Shown here in pieces: positions 38,821 to 48,426 of a DNA stretch of 64,000 bases (positions are counted from its first letter, which is position 1; every line of letters begins with the position of its first letter). This DNA comes from an uncultured Actinomycetota bacterium (lineage in GTDB: Bacteria; Actinomycetota; Acidimicrobiia; Spongiisociales; UBA4744), in the NCBI GenBank assembly GCA_963723165.1, contig CAVRPP010000013.1, positions 25,103 to 89,102 of the forward strand, written 5' to 3'. The notes beneath the pieces were generated by a model. The model saw only the letters and a list, made by a program, of their open reading frames with translations. It ran no database searches and was not told where the DNA came from. The translations under genes were made by a program, and so were the position numbers.

Positions 38821-39839
38821 CCAAGGCAGCCATCGCTCTGGGTTCCAACCTCGGCGATAGGCGTGCGTTGCTCCGCTCCGGGGCGGATGCTCTCACCGAG
38901 CTGGGAGCGGTCGTCGCGGTCTCTTCGCTGTACGAAACGGCTCCGGTCGGCGGCCCCGATCAGGACCCGTTCTTCAATGCGGTCATCGTGATCGATACCG
39001 AGCTTGGTCCCCGGGAGTTGCTCGATGAGCTCCATCGCATTGAGGCCGAGGCCGGGCGGGTCCGTGAGGTCAGGTGGGGTCCCCGCCGCCTGGACCTGGA
39101 CCTCATTCTCTACGGGACACGGCGCGCCGAGGAGGGGGGGATGGTCGTACCGCACCCGCGTTTCGCAGAACGACGGTTTGTCCTCGAGCCACTGGTAGAA
39201 GCTTGGCCGGACGCCAAAACCCCGACGGGTCGTAGTGTCGCCGACCTTCTCCCGGCCCTCGCCGATCAGGAGGTGGTGTCGGTAGGGACCTGGTGGCCTG
39301 AGGAGACCACACCGAAGAGCCTGTCTGCTCAAGCAGCGGCAGAGAGCCCGGTATCACCATCCAACGAAGCGCACTCGAGCTTCGGGCAGCGGGGCGGATG
39401 GTGGGTCGTGGCCCAGGCTGCGATCGGAGCAGTGGTGGTTGTTGCCGCTCTGTACTTCGACCGCACCATCGAGTCCGGCCGCTGGTTGGTCTGGTTGGGT
39501 GCCGCCCTGCTGCTGATCGGGGCGGCGCAGGCCATCCTCGGTTTGCTTCATCTGGGCGTCAGCTTGACGCCGTACCCCGAGCCGCTGGAGCTTGGCAATC
39601 TGGTGCACGGGGGCGTGTACCGCCACGTCCGCCATCCTGTATACGGGGGCCTGGTGCTGGGGATGGTCGGCCTGGCACTGTATCAACTCAGTTGGGTCGG
39701 TCTGGTCGCAGCGGCCGGTGGCAGCGCCTTCTTCTGGCTCAAGGCCGGTTTCGAGGAGCGAAGGCTGCTTGCCACATACCCCGATTACCTCGACTATCGC
39801 GCCCGGACCCGGGCCCGGATGATCCCCTGGATCGTCTGA
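38817..39839 (+). CDS. folK: HPPK fused to an isoprenylcysteine/phospholipid methyltransferase-like membrane domain
   Basis: ALGSNLGD, SSLYET, WGPRRLDLD, PHP..RRFVL; C-half LTPYPEP...GVYRHVRHPVYGG, EERRL, YPDY. Confidence 0.85.
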   Translation: MTKAAIALGSNLGDRRALLRSGADALTELGAVVAVSSLYETAPVGGPDQDPFFNAVIVIDTELGPRELLDELHRIEAEAGRVREVRWGPRRLDLDLILYGTRRAEEGGMVVPHPRFAERRFVLEPLVEAWPDAKTPTGRSVADLLPALADQEVVSVGTWWPEETTPKSLSAQAAAESPVSPSNEAHSSFGQRGGWWVVAQAAIGAVVVVAALYFDRTIESGRWLVWLGAALLLIGAAQAILGLLHLGVSLTPYPEPLELGNLVHGGVYRHVRHPVYGGLVLGMVGLALYQLSWVGLVAAAGGSAFFWLKAGFEERRLLATYPDYLDYRARTRARMIPWIV

Positions 39840-39921
39840 AGCTGGTTGCTGGCTGCCGGCCGCTGAGTTCCAGTAGCCTTCCAGGCGGCCCCGCATCACG
39901 GGCTGGAACTGAGAGGAACAG

Positions 39922-40740
39922 GTGGGCACGTTCATTCTGGTTGGTCCCGGGCGGGCAGGATTGTCGCTCGGCATCACGTTGCGGGAGGCCGGCCATCAGG
40001 TGGTTGGGGTTCTTGCCCGAAATCCGGAGGTCGCTTCCGACGCTGCCGGACAACTCAATGCCCCGGTGCTGGAGTGGGATGTCGATCTTCCGCAGGCAGA
40101 TCTTCTGGTGGTGGCGGTGCGAGACGACGCCATCGAAGACATTGCCGGTCGTCTCGCCCCTTTCTCTGCAAGCGTTCGCTACGCGGCCCATCTTTCCGGG
40201 CTCAAACCAATTTCCGCCCTGTCAGCATTGTCCGACGTTGGATTGAAGACCGGTTCCCTGCATCCGTTGCAGAGCCTGCCCAACCCGGTCGACGGTTCCG
40301 CCGCCCTGCCGGGATCCTGGGTCGCCATAGCCGCCCCGGACCCGGGATTGCTTTCATTTCTGGAAGGCCTGGTCAAGTCCTTCGACGCCCACCCATTCGC
40401 CGTTGCCGATGAGTGCCGTGACCTGTACCACGCCGCCGCTGCTGCCAGCTCGAACTACCTGATTGCGGCGCTGGCTCTTGCCGAAGAGCTTTTCGACCTG
40501 GCAGGCGTTCCGTTTGAGGCCGCCCGTCCCCTGGTCGAAACGGTCACGGCCAACGCTTTTCGTCTGGGAGCGGCAGCTGCTCTTACCGGTCCCATAGCCA
40601 GGGGTGATCTGGGAACAGTGCGGAGCCAACTCTCGGCGGTGGCGCGCTCGGCGCCCGACTCGGAGAATGACTACCGGGCTTTTGCGAAGGCAACTGCCCG
40701 GGTCGCCGGCACGACGGCCGCTTTCGAGGGGATCCTGTGA
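39922..40740 (+). CDS. Rossmann-like plus DUF2520 protein (PanG-type ketopantoate reductase candidate)
   Basis: GPGRAG, AVRDDAI, HLSG, HPLQS, YHAAA, LTGPIARGD; directly upstream of panC. Confidence 0.85.
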   Translation: MGTFILVGPGRAGLSLGITLREAGHQVVGVLARNPEVASDAAGQLNAPVLEWDVDLPQADLLVVAVRDDAIEDIAGRLAPFSASVRYAAHLSGLKPISALSALSDVGLKTGSLHPLQSLPNPVDGSAALPGSWVAIAAPDPGLLSFLEGLVKSFDAHPFAVADECRDLYHAAAAASSNYLIAALALAEELFDLAGVPFEAARPLVETVTANAFRLGAAAALTGPIARGDLGTVRSQLSAVARSAPDSENDYRAFAKATARVAGTTAAFEGIL

Positions 40741-41642
40741 GGGTCCTGGAGAGCTTCGCAGAGGTTCGGGAAGCCGCCAGGGGGAGCACCGGTCTGGTTC
40801 CGACCATGGGGTTTCTCCACGAGGGACATCTTTCACTGATGGCGAGGGCACGGGAGGAATCGGACACCCTGGTTGTCAGCCTGTTCGTGAACCCGTTGCA
40901 GTTCAACGAGCAGGGAGATCTCGATCGGTATCCGAGAGACCTGGAGCGCGACGGCCGCTTGGCCGAGGAAACACGTGTCGATCTCTTGTTCGCCCCGCCG
41001 CTCGAGGTCATGTACCCCACGCCGATTCAAACCCGGGTGTCCGTAGCCGGTTTGGACACCGAGATGGAGGGTGCCCACCGGCCCGGCCACTTTGCCGGGG
41101 TTGCGACCGTGGTTGCCAAACTCCTGGCCGGCATCCAGCCCGACCGCGCCTACTTCGGTCGCAAGGATGCCCAGCAACTCGCCGTCGTACGGCGCATGGT
41201 TTCCGACCTGTCGTTTCCGGTCGAAGTCGTTGGTGGTTCGACGCTGCGCGAATCCGACGGGTTGGCCCTTTCCAGCCGAAACGTCTTTCTGAGTGAGGTG
41301 GAGCGTCACCGGGCTCTGGGAATCTCGCGGGGTCTGATGGAGGCCGCGGATGTCTTCGAGGCCGGCGTGCGGGATGCCGATACGCTCGAGGGGATCGTGC
41401 GCGGGACCATCAACGACGCCCAGATCGACTACGTGACCGTGGCCGATGCCGAAACCGCCAAGCGCCTGCCGCTCGTCAACCGGGAGGCTTTCCTCGCAGT
41501 TGCCGCCCGGGTCGGAGCGACGAGGTTGATCGACAACGTTGCATTCTCTGTTGAGGCGGACGGATCGATGTCCGCCGATCGCGGAGTGCGTCTTGACCAC
41601 CCGAGCCTTCTCTATGGAGACCATCATGCTGCTGACCATTGA
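40737..41642 (+). CDS. panC: Pantoate-beta-alanine ligase
   Basis: VPTMGFLHEGH, FVNPLQF, RPGHF.GV, FGRKDAQQ, GLALSSRN, RLIDN. Confidence 0.96.
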   Translation: MRVLESFAEVREAARGSTGLVPTMGFLHEGHLSLMARAREESDTLVVSLFVNPLQFNEQGDLDRYPRDLERDGRLAEETRVDLLFAPPLEVMYPTPIQTRVSVAGLDTEMEGAHRPGHFAGVATVVAKLLAGIQPDRAYFGRKDAQQLAVVRRMVSDLSFPVEVVGGSTLRESDGLALSSRNVFLSEVERHRALGISRGLMEAADVFEAGVRDADTLEGIVRGTINDAQIDYVTVADAETAKRLPLVNREAFLAVAARVGATRLIDNVAFSVEADGSMSADRGVRLDHPSLLYGDHHAADH

Positions 41643-42393
41643 CCTGGGGAACACCCAAACCGCGATCGGCCTCTTTTCGGGAGACGAACTCGCTCTCCAT
41701 TGGCGTCTGTCGACGGTGCGCGAAAGGACGTCGGACGAATACCGGTTGCTCTTGCACGGCCTCTTCGAACAGCACGGAGTGGATCCCGAGCGTTTTGCCG
41801 GAGCGGTCATTTCCAGTGTGGTGCCGAGAGCCATATCGGCCCTGTCCGACGCCCTTAGTTTGTTTGTCGTCGACCGCACCCTGGTCGTCGGCCCCGGAAT
41901 GAAAACCGGCATGCCGATCTTGATCGACAATCCCCGGGAAGTAGGAGCGGATCGGATCGTGAATTCAGTGGCTGCCCGGGCCCGCTACGGGACACCGGTC
42001 ATCGTGGTCGACTTCGGAACCTCGACCAATTTCGACATCGTCTCCGGGAGCGGCGAATACCTGGGCGGCGTAATCGGCCCGGGCCTCGAGGTGTCGATGG
42101 ACGCCCTGGTAGCCGCCACTGCCGCCCTGCGTCGCGTCGAACTGACTCCTCCTCGTTCTGTCATCGGCAAAGGGACGGTTGAAGCGATTCAATCCGGCCT
42201 CCTCTACGGTCATGCCGGATATGTCGACGGCATCATCGATCGGATCCGGGCGGAGCTTGGCAGTGAAGTGCAAACCGTGGCCACCGGCGGCCTCGCTCCG
42301 ACCATCGTGCCCCACTGTCGGACGGTCACAACCGTCGATGAGACACTGACGCTGGACGGCCTGAGGATGCTGTTCGAGATCAATCACGAGTGA
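41626..42393 (+). CDS. coaX: Type III pantothenate kinase
   Basis: IDLGNT, SSVVP, VGADR, VDFGTST, GGVIGPG, ATGG. Confidence 0.96.
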   Translation: MLLTIDLGNTQTAIGLFSGDELALHWRLSTVRERTSDEYRLLLHGLFEQHGVDPERFAGAVISSVVPRAISALSDALSLFVVDRTLVVGPGMKTGMPILIDNPREVGADRIVNSVAARARYGTPVIVVDFGTSTNFDIVSGSGEYLGGVIGPGLEVSMDALVAATAALRRVELTPPRSVIGKGTVEAIQSGLLYGHAGYVDGIIDRIRAELGSEVQTVATGGLAPTIVPHCRTVTTVDETLTLDGLRMLFEINHE

Positions 42394-42480
42394 TCCGTCG
42401 ATAGCGATCAGTTGGCGTAGGGTCGTTTCCATCCGGCCGACCCCGTCCAACCCGACCCGCTCCGACCCTAGGAGTCGCGA

Positions 42481-42589
42481 CCCCCCTCCGGCCCTACGGG
42501 CCACCTCCCCCCAACTCGACGGGCTTCGCCCGTCAGGGGGGAAGCGACTAATAACTGATAACTGATGACTCACGACTGACAACTGAGGA
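42481..42589. repeat. Composite intergenic repeat (double hairpin plus six heptamers)
   Basis: CCCCCCTCC-GGCCC tac GGGCC-ACCTCCCCCC-GACGGGC ttc GCCCGTC-AGGGGGG, then CTAATAA CTGATAA CTGATGA CTCACGA CTGACAA CTGAGGA. Confidence 0.8.
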
Positions 42590-42614
42590 CCGGCGGCATT
42601 AGTGTCGCCTTGCC

Positions 42615-44141
42615 ATGAGCGACGAAATCACCGAATCACAACCCGACGAAGAGGTGTCCGACACCGAGCCGCTGGCAGCCCATCCTTTGACTTCTCAACG
42701 GCTCGCCAAGGTCGATGACGCCCGGACGCGAGGCATTGAGCCCTATCCGGTACGGTTCGACCGGACTGCTCGCACGACCGACCTGCAGGCCGAATATGGC
42801 GAACTGGAACCCGGGCATGCGACCGGCCGGGTTGTTTCGGTCGCCGGCCGGGTTCTCAATCTTCGAAGGCTCGGCAAGCTCATCTTTGTGGTGCTCCAGG
42901 ATGGGTGGGGAACGATCCAGCTGTTCGTCGATCGCCAAACTCTCGGCCAAGCGGGATTCGAGCAATTCGAGGACGTCGACTCCGGTGACTGGATCGGCTG
43001 CGAAGGCGAGGTCATGACCACACGGCGAGGAGAGTTGAGCGTCAAGACCTCCAGCTTTGTTCTGCTTGCTAAGGCCCTTCGTCCTTTGCCCGAGAAGTGG
43101 CACGGACTCCAGGACAAGGAGCGCCGCTACCGCCAGCGCTATCTCGACCTGATCGTCAACGAGGAAGCCCGGCGCGTGGCAACTACGCGGGCCCGCGTAC
43201 TTTCCGAGCTGCGACGCCAATTCGAAACGCGCGGGTTCCTCGAAGTTGAAACCCCGATGCTGCAGAACCTGGCGGGCGGGGCGCTGGCCCGTCCATTCGT
43301 CACGCATCACAACGCGCTCGACATCGACATGTATTTGAGGATCGCCACGGAACTGCATTTGAAACGGCTGGTGATCGGCGGCTTCGAACGGGTGTTTGAG
43401 CTGAGCCGCGTCTTTCGTAATGAAGGCATCGACGCCACCCACAATCCGGAGTTCACCACCCTCGAGGCCTACCAGGCGCTTGCCGATTACCACGACATCA
43501 TGGACTTGATGGAGGAGATCATTCCGGCGGTCGCCACCGCGGCCACCGGAGGGACCGCCTTCGAGTATCAGGGACGTGTCGTCGACCTCACGCCACCGTA
43601 TCGTCGGGTCGCCTTGCTCGACCTGGTGTCAGAGGCGGTCGGCCAGAAGGTTGGTTTCGATTGGTCCTCCGAGCGGCTGGGCGATCTGCTGCGACAGCAT
43701 GGGGTTGAACCGCAACCGGCGTGGGGACCCGGCAAAATGATCACGGAGTTGTTCGAGGCACTGGTCGAACCCCACCTGTGGGAACCGGTTTTCGTGATCG
43801 ACTACGCCAAAGAGACTTCGCCGCTTGCCCGGGTGCATCGCCTGGATCCCAACCTCACCGAGCGGTTCGAGTTGTTCGCCGCCAACATGGAACTTGCCAA
43901 CGCTTTCAGTGAGTTGAACGACCCGATCGACCAGCGTTTGCGGTTCGAGCAGCAAGCTCGAGCCAAGGCAGAGGGTGACGAAGACGCTCACCCGATCGAC
44001 GAAGACTATTTGAAGGCGCTCGAGTACGGTCTGCCCCCGACCGGCGGGTTGGGTATCGGTGTCGACCGGTTGGTCATGCTGCTCACCGATCAGACAACCA
44101 TCCGCGAGGTTTTGCTCTTCCCGACCATGCGACCGGAGTAG
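42615..44141 (+). CDS. lysS: Lysine-tRNA ligase (class II)
   Basis: RYRQRYLDL, EVETPML, LRIATELHLKRL, FRNEG, YGLPPTGGLGIGVDRL. Confidence 0.97.
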   Translation: MSDEITESQPDEEVSDTEPLAAHPLTSQRLAKVDDARTRGIEPYPVRFDRTARTTDLQAEYGELEPGHATGRVVSVAGRVLNLRRLGKLIFVVLQDGWGTIQLFVDRQTLGQAGFEQFEDVDSGDWIGCEGEVMTTRRGELSVKTSSFVLLAKALRPLPEKWHGLQDKERRYRQRYLDLIVNEEARRVATTRARVLSELRRQFETRGFLEVETPMLQNLAGGALARPFVTHHNALDIDMYLRIATELHLKRLVIGGFERVFELSRVFRNEGIDATHNPEFTTLEAYQALADYHDIMDLMEEIIPAVATAATGGTAFEYQGRVVDLTPPYRRVALLDLVSEAVGQKVGFDWSSERLGDLLRQHGVEPQPAWGPGKMITELFEALVEPHLWEPVFVIDYAKETSPLARVHRLDPNLTERFELFAANMELANAFSELNDPIDQRLRFEQQARAKAEGDEDAHPIDEDYLKALEYGLPPTGGLGIGVDRLVMLLTDQTTIREVLLFPTMRPE

Positions 44142-44363
44142 GCGAACAGGCTCCGCCCCTTTTCGTGCTTCACAATTCGGGAAGCTGGTTGCCGGCCTTG
44201 GCATCGAGGCGACTCCCGGACGCCGAGTTCTGTCTACTCCCCGTTGCGACTCGTGCTGGACGAATGCGTGACGCCCTCGGAGCGCAATGGGCCGTTTGCC
44301 TCTTGTCGCAACGTTGCTCCACGGATACGGTTGCAGGGAAGCATCTCTTCGAGGAGGGATGTG

Positions 44364-45575
44364 ATGACCGAAGCCACACCGAGAACCGCCACTCGAGATG
44401 GGCCCGGTGAGGAGCCCTCGCCGGGAGTGGCAGTTGGAATCTGTGCCACAACCAACAACCCGGTTCGAGAACTGCGCCAGTTCCTGTGGTGGGGGCGGCT
44501 GGCGGGGGTAGATAGTTTCGTGATCCCTGATCATTGGCAAGATTTCGTCCCACGGGTACTTTGGGAGCCATCGGTGACGTGGCGAGCCCGTCGTACGAAC
44601 AGTCCGCATGATCTTCGCGAAGCGTTCACTGTCTTGGGAGCGCTGGCTCGATCTGCGGGACGGGTGCGCATTGGGGTGGCGGTGACCGAGATGCTGCGTC
44701 GACATCCAGTGATGGTCGCCCAAGCGGCACTCACATTGTCGGAGTTGACCAAGCGACCCCTAATCCTTGGGGTGGGTGCGGGGGAGCGACTGAACACAGA
44801 ACCGTACGGTGTTGCCGTGCCGAAGCCGGTTGGGCGGTTCGAAGAGGCACTCCAGGTGATTCGCATGTGCTTCCATTCGTCTGGGCCGTTCGACTTCGAT
44901 GGCAAGCACTTCCAGCTCAATGGAGCGGTTATGGATCTTGCTCCATCCAAGTCCGGGAGACCGGAGATATGGATCGCTGCGCACGGACCTCGGATGCTGG
45001 CACTCGCGGGACGCTACGGGGACGGCTGGATTCCGGTCCAACCACTGCACGGTCCTGCCGAGTATGAACTGGGCTGGAGAGCCATCCGAACCGCCGCTGG
45101 GGCAGCAAACCGTTGTGTCGAGTCGATCACACCCTCGCTCTTCGCATCCGTGGTCCTGGCACCAACCGCAGCGAAGGTCGAAGCCCTCCTCCGCTCCACG
45201 CTCGTGAGGTACTGGGCGCTCATGGGCACCTCAGCAAGGCAGTGGGCCGAACTCGGTTCCGACCATCCACTCGGCCCCGACTTTGGCGGCTACGGCCAAG
45301 TTGTTCCCGAAGCCCTTGATGGACGCGCACTCGATGCAGCCATCGCTCGGGTGCCACCCGAAGTAGTACGTGCGCGGTTCGTGGGTGGAACTTCCCGCCA
45401 GTTGGAAGCAACAATCAGGGACTACGCCGACGCAGGTCTCCGCCACATCGTGCTGGCACCTGTATCGGCACTTGTCAGAAGTCGGCATCAAACCTATGCC
45501 CTCTGGGCTCTGCCTCGCCTCGTGCGCGCCCTCCGCGGACCTTCCTCCACTGGCACGACAATCCGGTCCGGCTAG
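44364..45575 (+). CDS. LLM-class flavin/F420-dependent oxidoreductase
   Basis: PDH, RRHP.MVAQ, LGVGAGE.LN.EPYG, IWIAAHGPRML..GRYGDGW. Confidence 0.88.
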   Translation: MTEATPRTATRDGPGEEPSPGVAVGICATTNNPVRELRQFLWWGRLAGVDSFVIPDHWQDFVPRVLWEPSVTWRARRTNSPHDLREAFTVLGALARSAGRVRIGVAVTEMLRRHPVMVAQAALTLSELTKRPLILGVGAGERLNTEPYGVAVPKPVGRFEEALQVIRMCFHSSGPFDFDGKHFQLNGAVMDLAPSKSGRPEIWIAAHGPRMLALAGRYGDGWIPVQPLHGPAEYELGWRAIRTAAGAANRCVESITPSLFASVVLAPTAAKVEALLRSTLVRYWALMGTSARQWAELGSDHPLGPDFGGYGQVVPEALDGRALDAAIARVPPEVVRARFVGGTSRQLEATIRDYADAGLRHIVLAPVSALVRSRHQTYALWALPRLVRALRGPSSTGTTIRSG

Positions 45576-45680
45576 CCGAGAGTCGCTGCTGCACCACCAC
45601 TTGGGCGGAGAGGCCGGCCTCATCGATCCCCCGCAGTGCTATGGCAAGCTGTCCCGGCGACATGTCGACCAGAACCACCC

Positions 45681-45761
45681 CTCCGAGCGTTGAAACGACG
45701 CATCTCCGATGCTGTCTACCGCAAACTTATCGAGGATCACCACCAACGGACCCAGCCCTAA
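45681..45761 (+). pseudogene. IS110-family transposase C-terminal remnant
   Basis: Translates LRALKRRISDAVYRKLIEDHHQRTQP*, matching the typical IS110 C-terminal LKRR-x-S-x-x-VYR-x-L pattern; no upstream coding part. Confidence 0.7.
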
Positions 45762-45768
45762 ACAAGAA

Positions 45769-45940
45769 TGGTCCGGGGGACAATCAGGACCGTCTCAATA
45801 GAGCCCGTGGCCGGCCTTGCATCCTGATCACCGGCTCTTCCACTCACACCCCGGACCACCCCCAAACCTACACCCCGGCCGGTAACATCGGCCCCAACCA
45901 ACGCGCCCGAAAACACCCCCTTGACACAAAGAGGCTTCGA
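45769..45940 (+). ncRNA. Candidate IS110 non-coding end RNA (bridge/seek RNA-like)
   Basis: 10-bp stem TGGTCCGGGG/CCCCGGACCA enclosing ATCAGGA/TCCTGAT and GCCGG/CCGGC pairings; TTGACA at 45921 near the presumed element end. Confidence 0.5.
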
Positions 45941-46047
45941 TATGGGCGGATCGGTCGGCCAACGGGTAGCCTCGGACCGTGGTCAGAACCGGCGTCCTGG
46001 ACCTCGCTGAACCGCTCGTAGGCTGTTTGTAGGAGAGTGTTAGGTCC

Positions 46048-46431
46048 GTGAGCCGCCAACCTCTATTCGCAGTCCACTCCGTTGTCCTAGTCGGATTTGG
46101 AACGGGATTCTTGGTGCTGCCCAACCAGTTGCTGCAGATGTACGGCGCAGCAACTGACCAGGCCGGCACTCTCGGCCTCCGAGCTTTCGGGGTTTTCGCT
46201 CTTCTTGTTGCGTCCGCTCTTTGGGTCATGAGACGACCGGATGACCGCTCCGGCGCACTCCTGTTTGTTGCGGCTATGGCGGCAGGCAATCTTGTACTTG
46301 GTGTAGTCGCCGCTTCGGCACAGTTTGAGGGGACGCTCAACGGTCTCGGTTGGCTAAACGTTGGCCTATTCGCCCTTTTCGGCTCGGCGTACACCATGTT
46401 GACGTGGACGACGATCACCAATCGCAAATAG
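46048..46431 (+). CDS. Small four-TM hypothetical membrane protein
   Basis: Four hydrophobic segments; AGGAG upstream. Confidence 0.65.
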   Translation: MSRQPLFAVHSVVLVGFGTGFLVLPNQLLQMYGAATDQAGTLGLRAFGVFALLVASALWVMRRPDDRSGALLFVAAMAAGNLVLGVVAASAQFEGTLNGLGWLNVGLFALFGSAYTMLTWTTITNRK

Positions 46432-46616
46432 GTGCCGATCGGGTGCGGTCCCAGATATTTGGGCGTTATCGCTCAGACCGGGTGATCTGGGTGAATGTTG
46501 GTTAGCGGACCTGAGGTCACCTGGACCGTTGGCCGATTCCGCATTGGCTGTTCCTTCCTGACAGGTCTACCCGAGAGCGGTACGACCAGTCACTCCGAAC
46601 GACCGGCACTTGTTGG

Positions 46617-46811
46617 TCACCGGGCGGGGAAGGGGTACCACTGCACGCCGGCGCCCAGCACCTTGCGACACGAGGGGCAGAAGAACAGGTATCCCTGTCC
46701 GATCCCGAATGGTCCCCTGGGCTTCTTGAAGAAGATCTCGGGGAGCTCGGCCTCGCAGTGCGGGCAGACGGCAGCCAGGTCCTCGCGGCGGGTGGACTCA
46801 AAGCGGCTCAT
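46617..46811 (-). CDS. Small zinc-ribbon protein
   Basis: CPHC...CPSC pairs in 64 aa. Confidence 0.65.
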   Translation of the reverse strand: MSRFESTRREDLAAVCPHCEAELPEIFFKKPRGPFGIGQGYLFFCPSCRKVLGAGVQWYPFPAR

Positions 46812-47193
46812 AACTTATCCATCATCACTTCTGGCGTTGGCGCCAACTAGAGGATAAGGGCCCGATTGTCACTCCGCTCGAAACGACCACTCGAACTCGC
46901 CGGCCGATTGCCGGATAACGCCGCAGTCAAGAGCACCCTGTTTCGGTGGAGTCGTTCGAATCGAGCCAGCACCCGGGCAGGCTTGGTCGACGTCGAGCGC
47001 GCCACTATCTCCTCGATCGGCCGTCGGATCCCGATGGCCTACTCATAACGACGACAACCGGTCGACATCAGGACGCTCGCGGTCCGAGCCGAAACCGGCA
47101 ATACCGAGCGGCCATTGATGAGATCGGCCTCCCCGATGGAGTCGGATCACGTCTGTCGGGGGCCTAGCGGACAGACCATGCTTCCGAATGCAG

Positions 47194-48189
47194 CTAGTCG
47201 CGGGCGGCGGTGACCCTGCCCAGGAGGTAGGTTCCCAACCGGCCAAGGGCAACCTTCGCCTCGCCGTCGGGAAGACCGGCAATTGCCTTCTGCGCGACGC
47301 CGACCCGGTCGGCAGCTTCCACCAGGGCCCGATCGACATAGCCTCCCGATCGGACCAGATCGATCACTTCTGCGACGGCGTTGTCGGGGTAGGGGGGCGG
47401 CACGGAGAGGAGTTCGGAAATCCTCGGGCCTTCGGGTCCTTCCAGGGCGAAGAGCACCGGCAGGGTGAACTTGCCTTCACCGATATCCGATCCGGCCGGC
47501 TTGCCCAGGTAACCATCGGTGGCCACAAGGTCGAGTGCATCATCGGTGATCTGGAAAACCATACCGAGTTCCCACGCCCAGGTGCTGACCGCCTCGATCA
47601 CCTCAGGCGAAGCGTCGGAGGCCATCGCTCCGAGGCGGGCAGACGTGCGGATCAGGCTGGCGGTCTTGCCACCAATGATCCGGAAATACTCGACAGGACC
47701 GTGCTTCAAGTTGTGGTCGACTTGCAGTTCCAGCGTTTGGCCTTCGACCAGCTCGGCATAGGTATGGGCCAACAGGCGGACCGCTTCTTGTCCGAGGGTG
47801 GAGGCAGCGACCTCGGAAGCTCTGGCCATCAGAAAGTCACCGGCCAGGATGGCGATGGTATTGCCCCAGTTGCTGTTGACCGATGCAGCTCCGCGGCGGG
47901 TCACGGCCTCATCGATGACATCGTCGTGGTAGAGGCTCCCCAGATGAATCAGCTCGACTGCGGCTCCGGCGTCGATCGCCCGGTGGTCCATATTGGGACC
48001 GAATTCGGCGGCCAGCTGGGCCAGCAGCGGCCGGAACCGTTTTCCGCCGGCCAGGAGCCCGTGCTGGGCGATCTCCGTGAGGAAGGGGTCGTCCGCCTGC
48101 GACGCTTCGATCAGGCGTTCCTCAACGCGGTCGAGCCGCTCCCAGACCTGGGGGCTCGAGATCAGATCGGTGAGTTCGGGGGCGTCCAT
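47194..48189 (-). CDS. Polyprenyl diphosphate synthase
   Basis: GGKRFRP, HDDVID..RRG, GDFL, KTASL, FQITDD; ATG at 48189 after GGAG. Confidence 0.93.
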   Translation of the reverse strand: MDAPELTDLISSPQVWERLDRVEERLIEASQADDPFLTEIAQHGLLAGGKRFRPLLAQLAAEFGPNMDHRAIDAGAAVELIHLGSLYHDDVIDEAVTRRGAASVNSNWGNTIAILAGDFLMARASEVAASTLGQEAVRLLAHTYAELVEGQTLELQVDHNLKHGPVEYFRIIGGKTASLIRTSARLGAMASDASPEVIEAVSTWAWELGMVFQITDDALDLVATDGYLGKPAGSDIGEGKFTLPVLFALEGPEGPRISELLSVPPPYPDNAVAEVIDLVRSGGYVDRALVEAADRVGVAQKAIAGLPDGEAKVALGRLGTYLLGRVTAARD

Positions 48190-48426
48190 ACGGGTCTCCG
48201 CCGGGTGCGATGGTGCATGGTAGTGAGGTCGGGAGCATGGCAAGTCGGGATGAACCACGACCGGCCTAGTGTTACAAGAAGAAGACATCCGGAAGTACTC
48301 GAATGAACGTACAAGAGGTAGGGCACATAGCGACAGGTTCCGGGGTAGAAAAGCCCCATCGCTATACTGCCGGGGCGCATCCCCGTTACCTCGAGGGTGC
48401 CGATATTGGCTTAGGAGGCTGGCGCC

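Noticed and set aside
46860-47190. Short ORFs between the zinc-ribbon gene and the polyprenyl synthase
   Set aside because: No recognisable motif, RBS or coding-like pattern in the frames examined.
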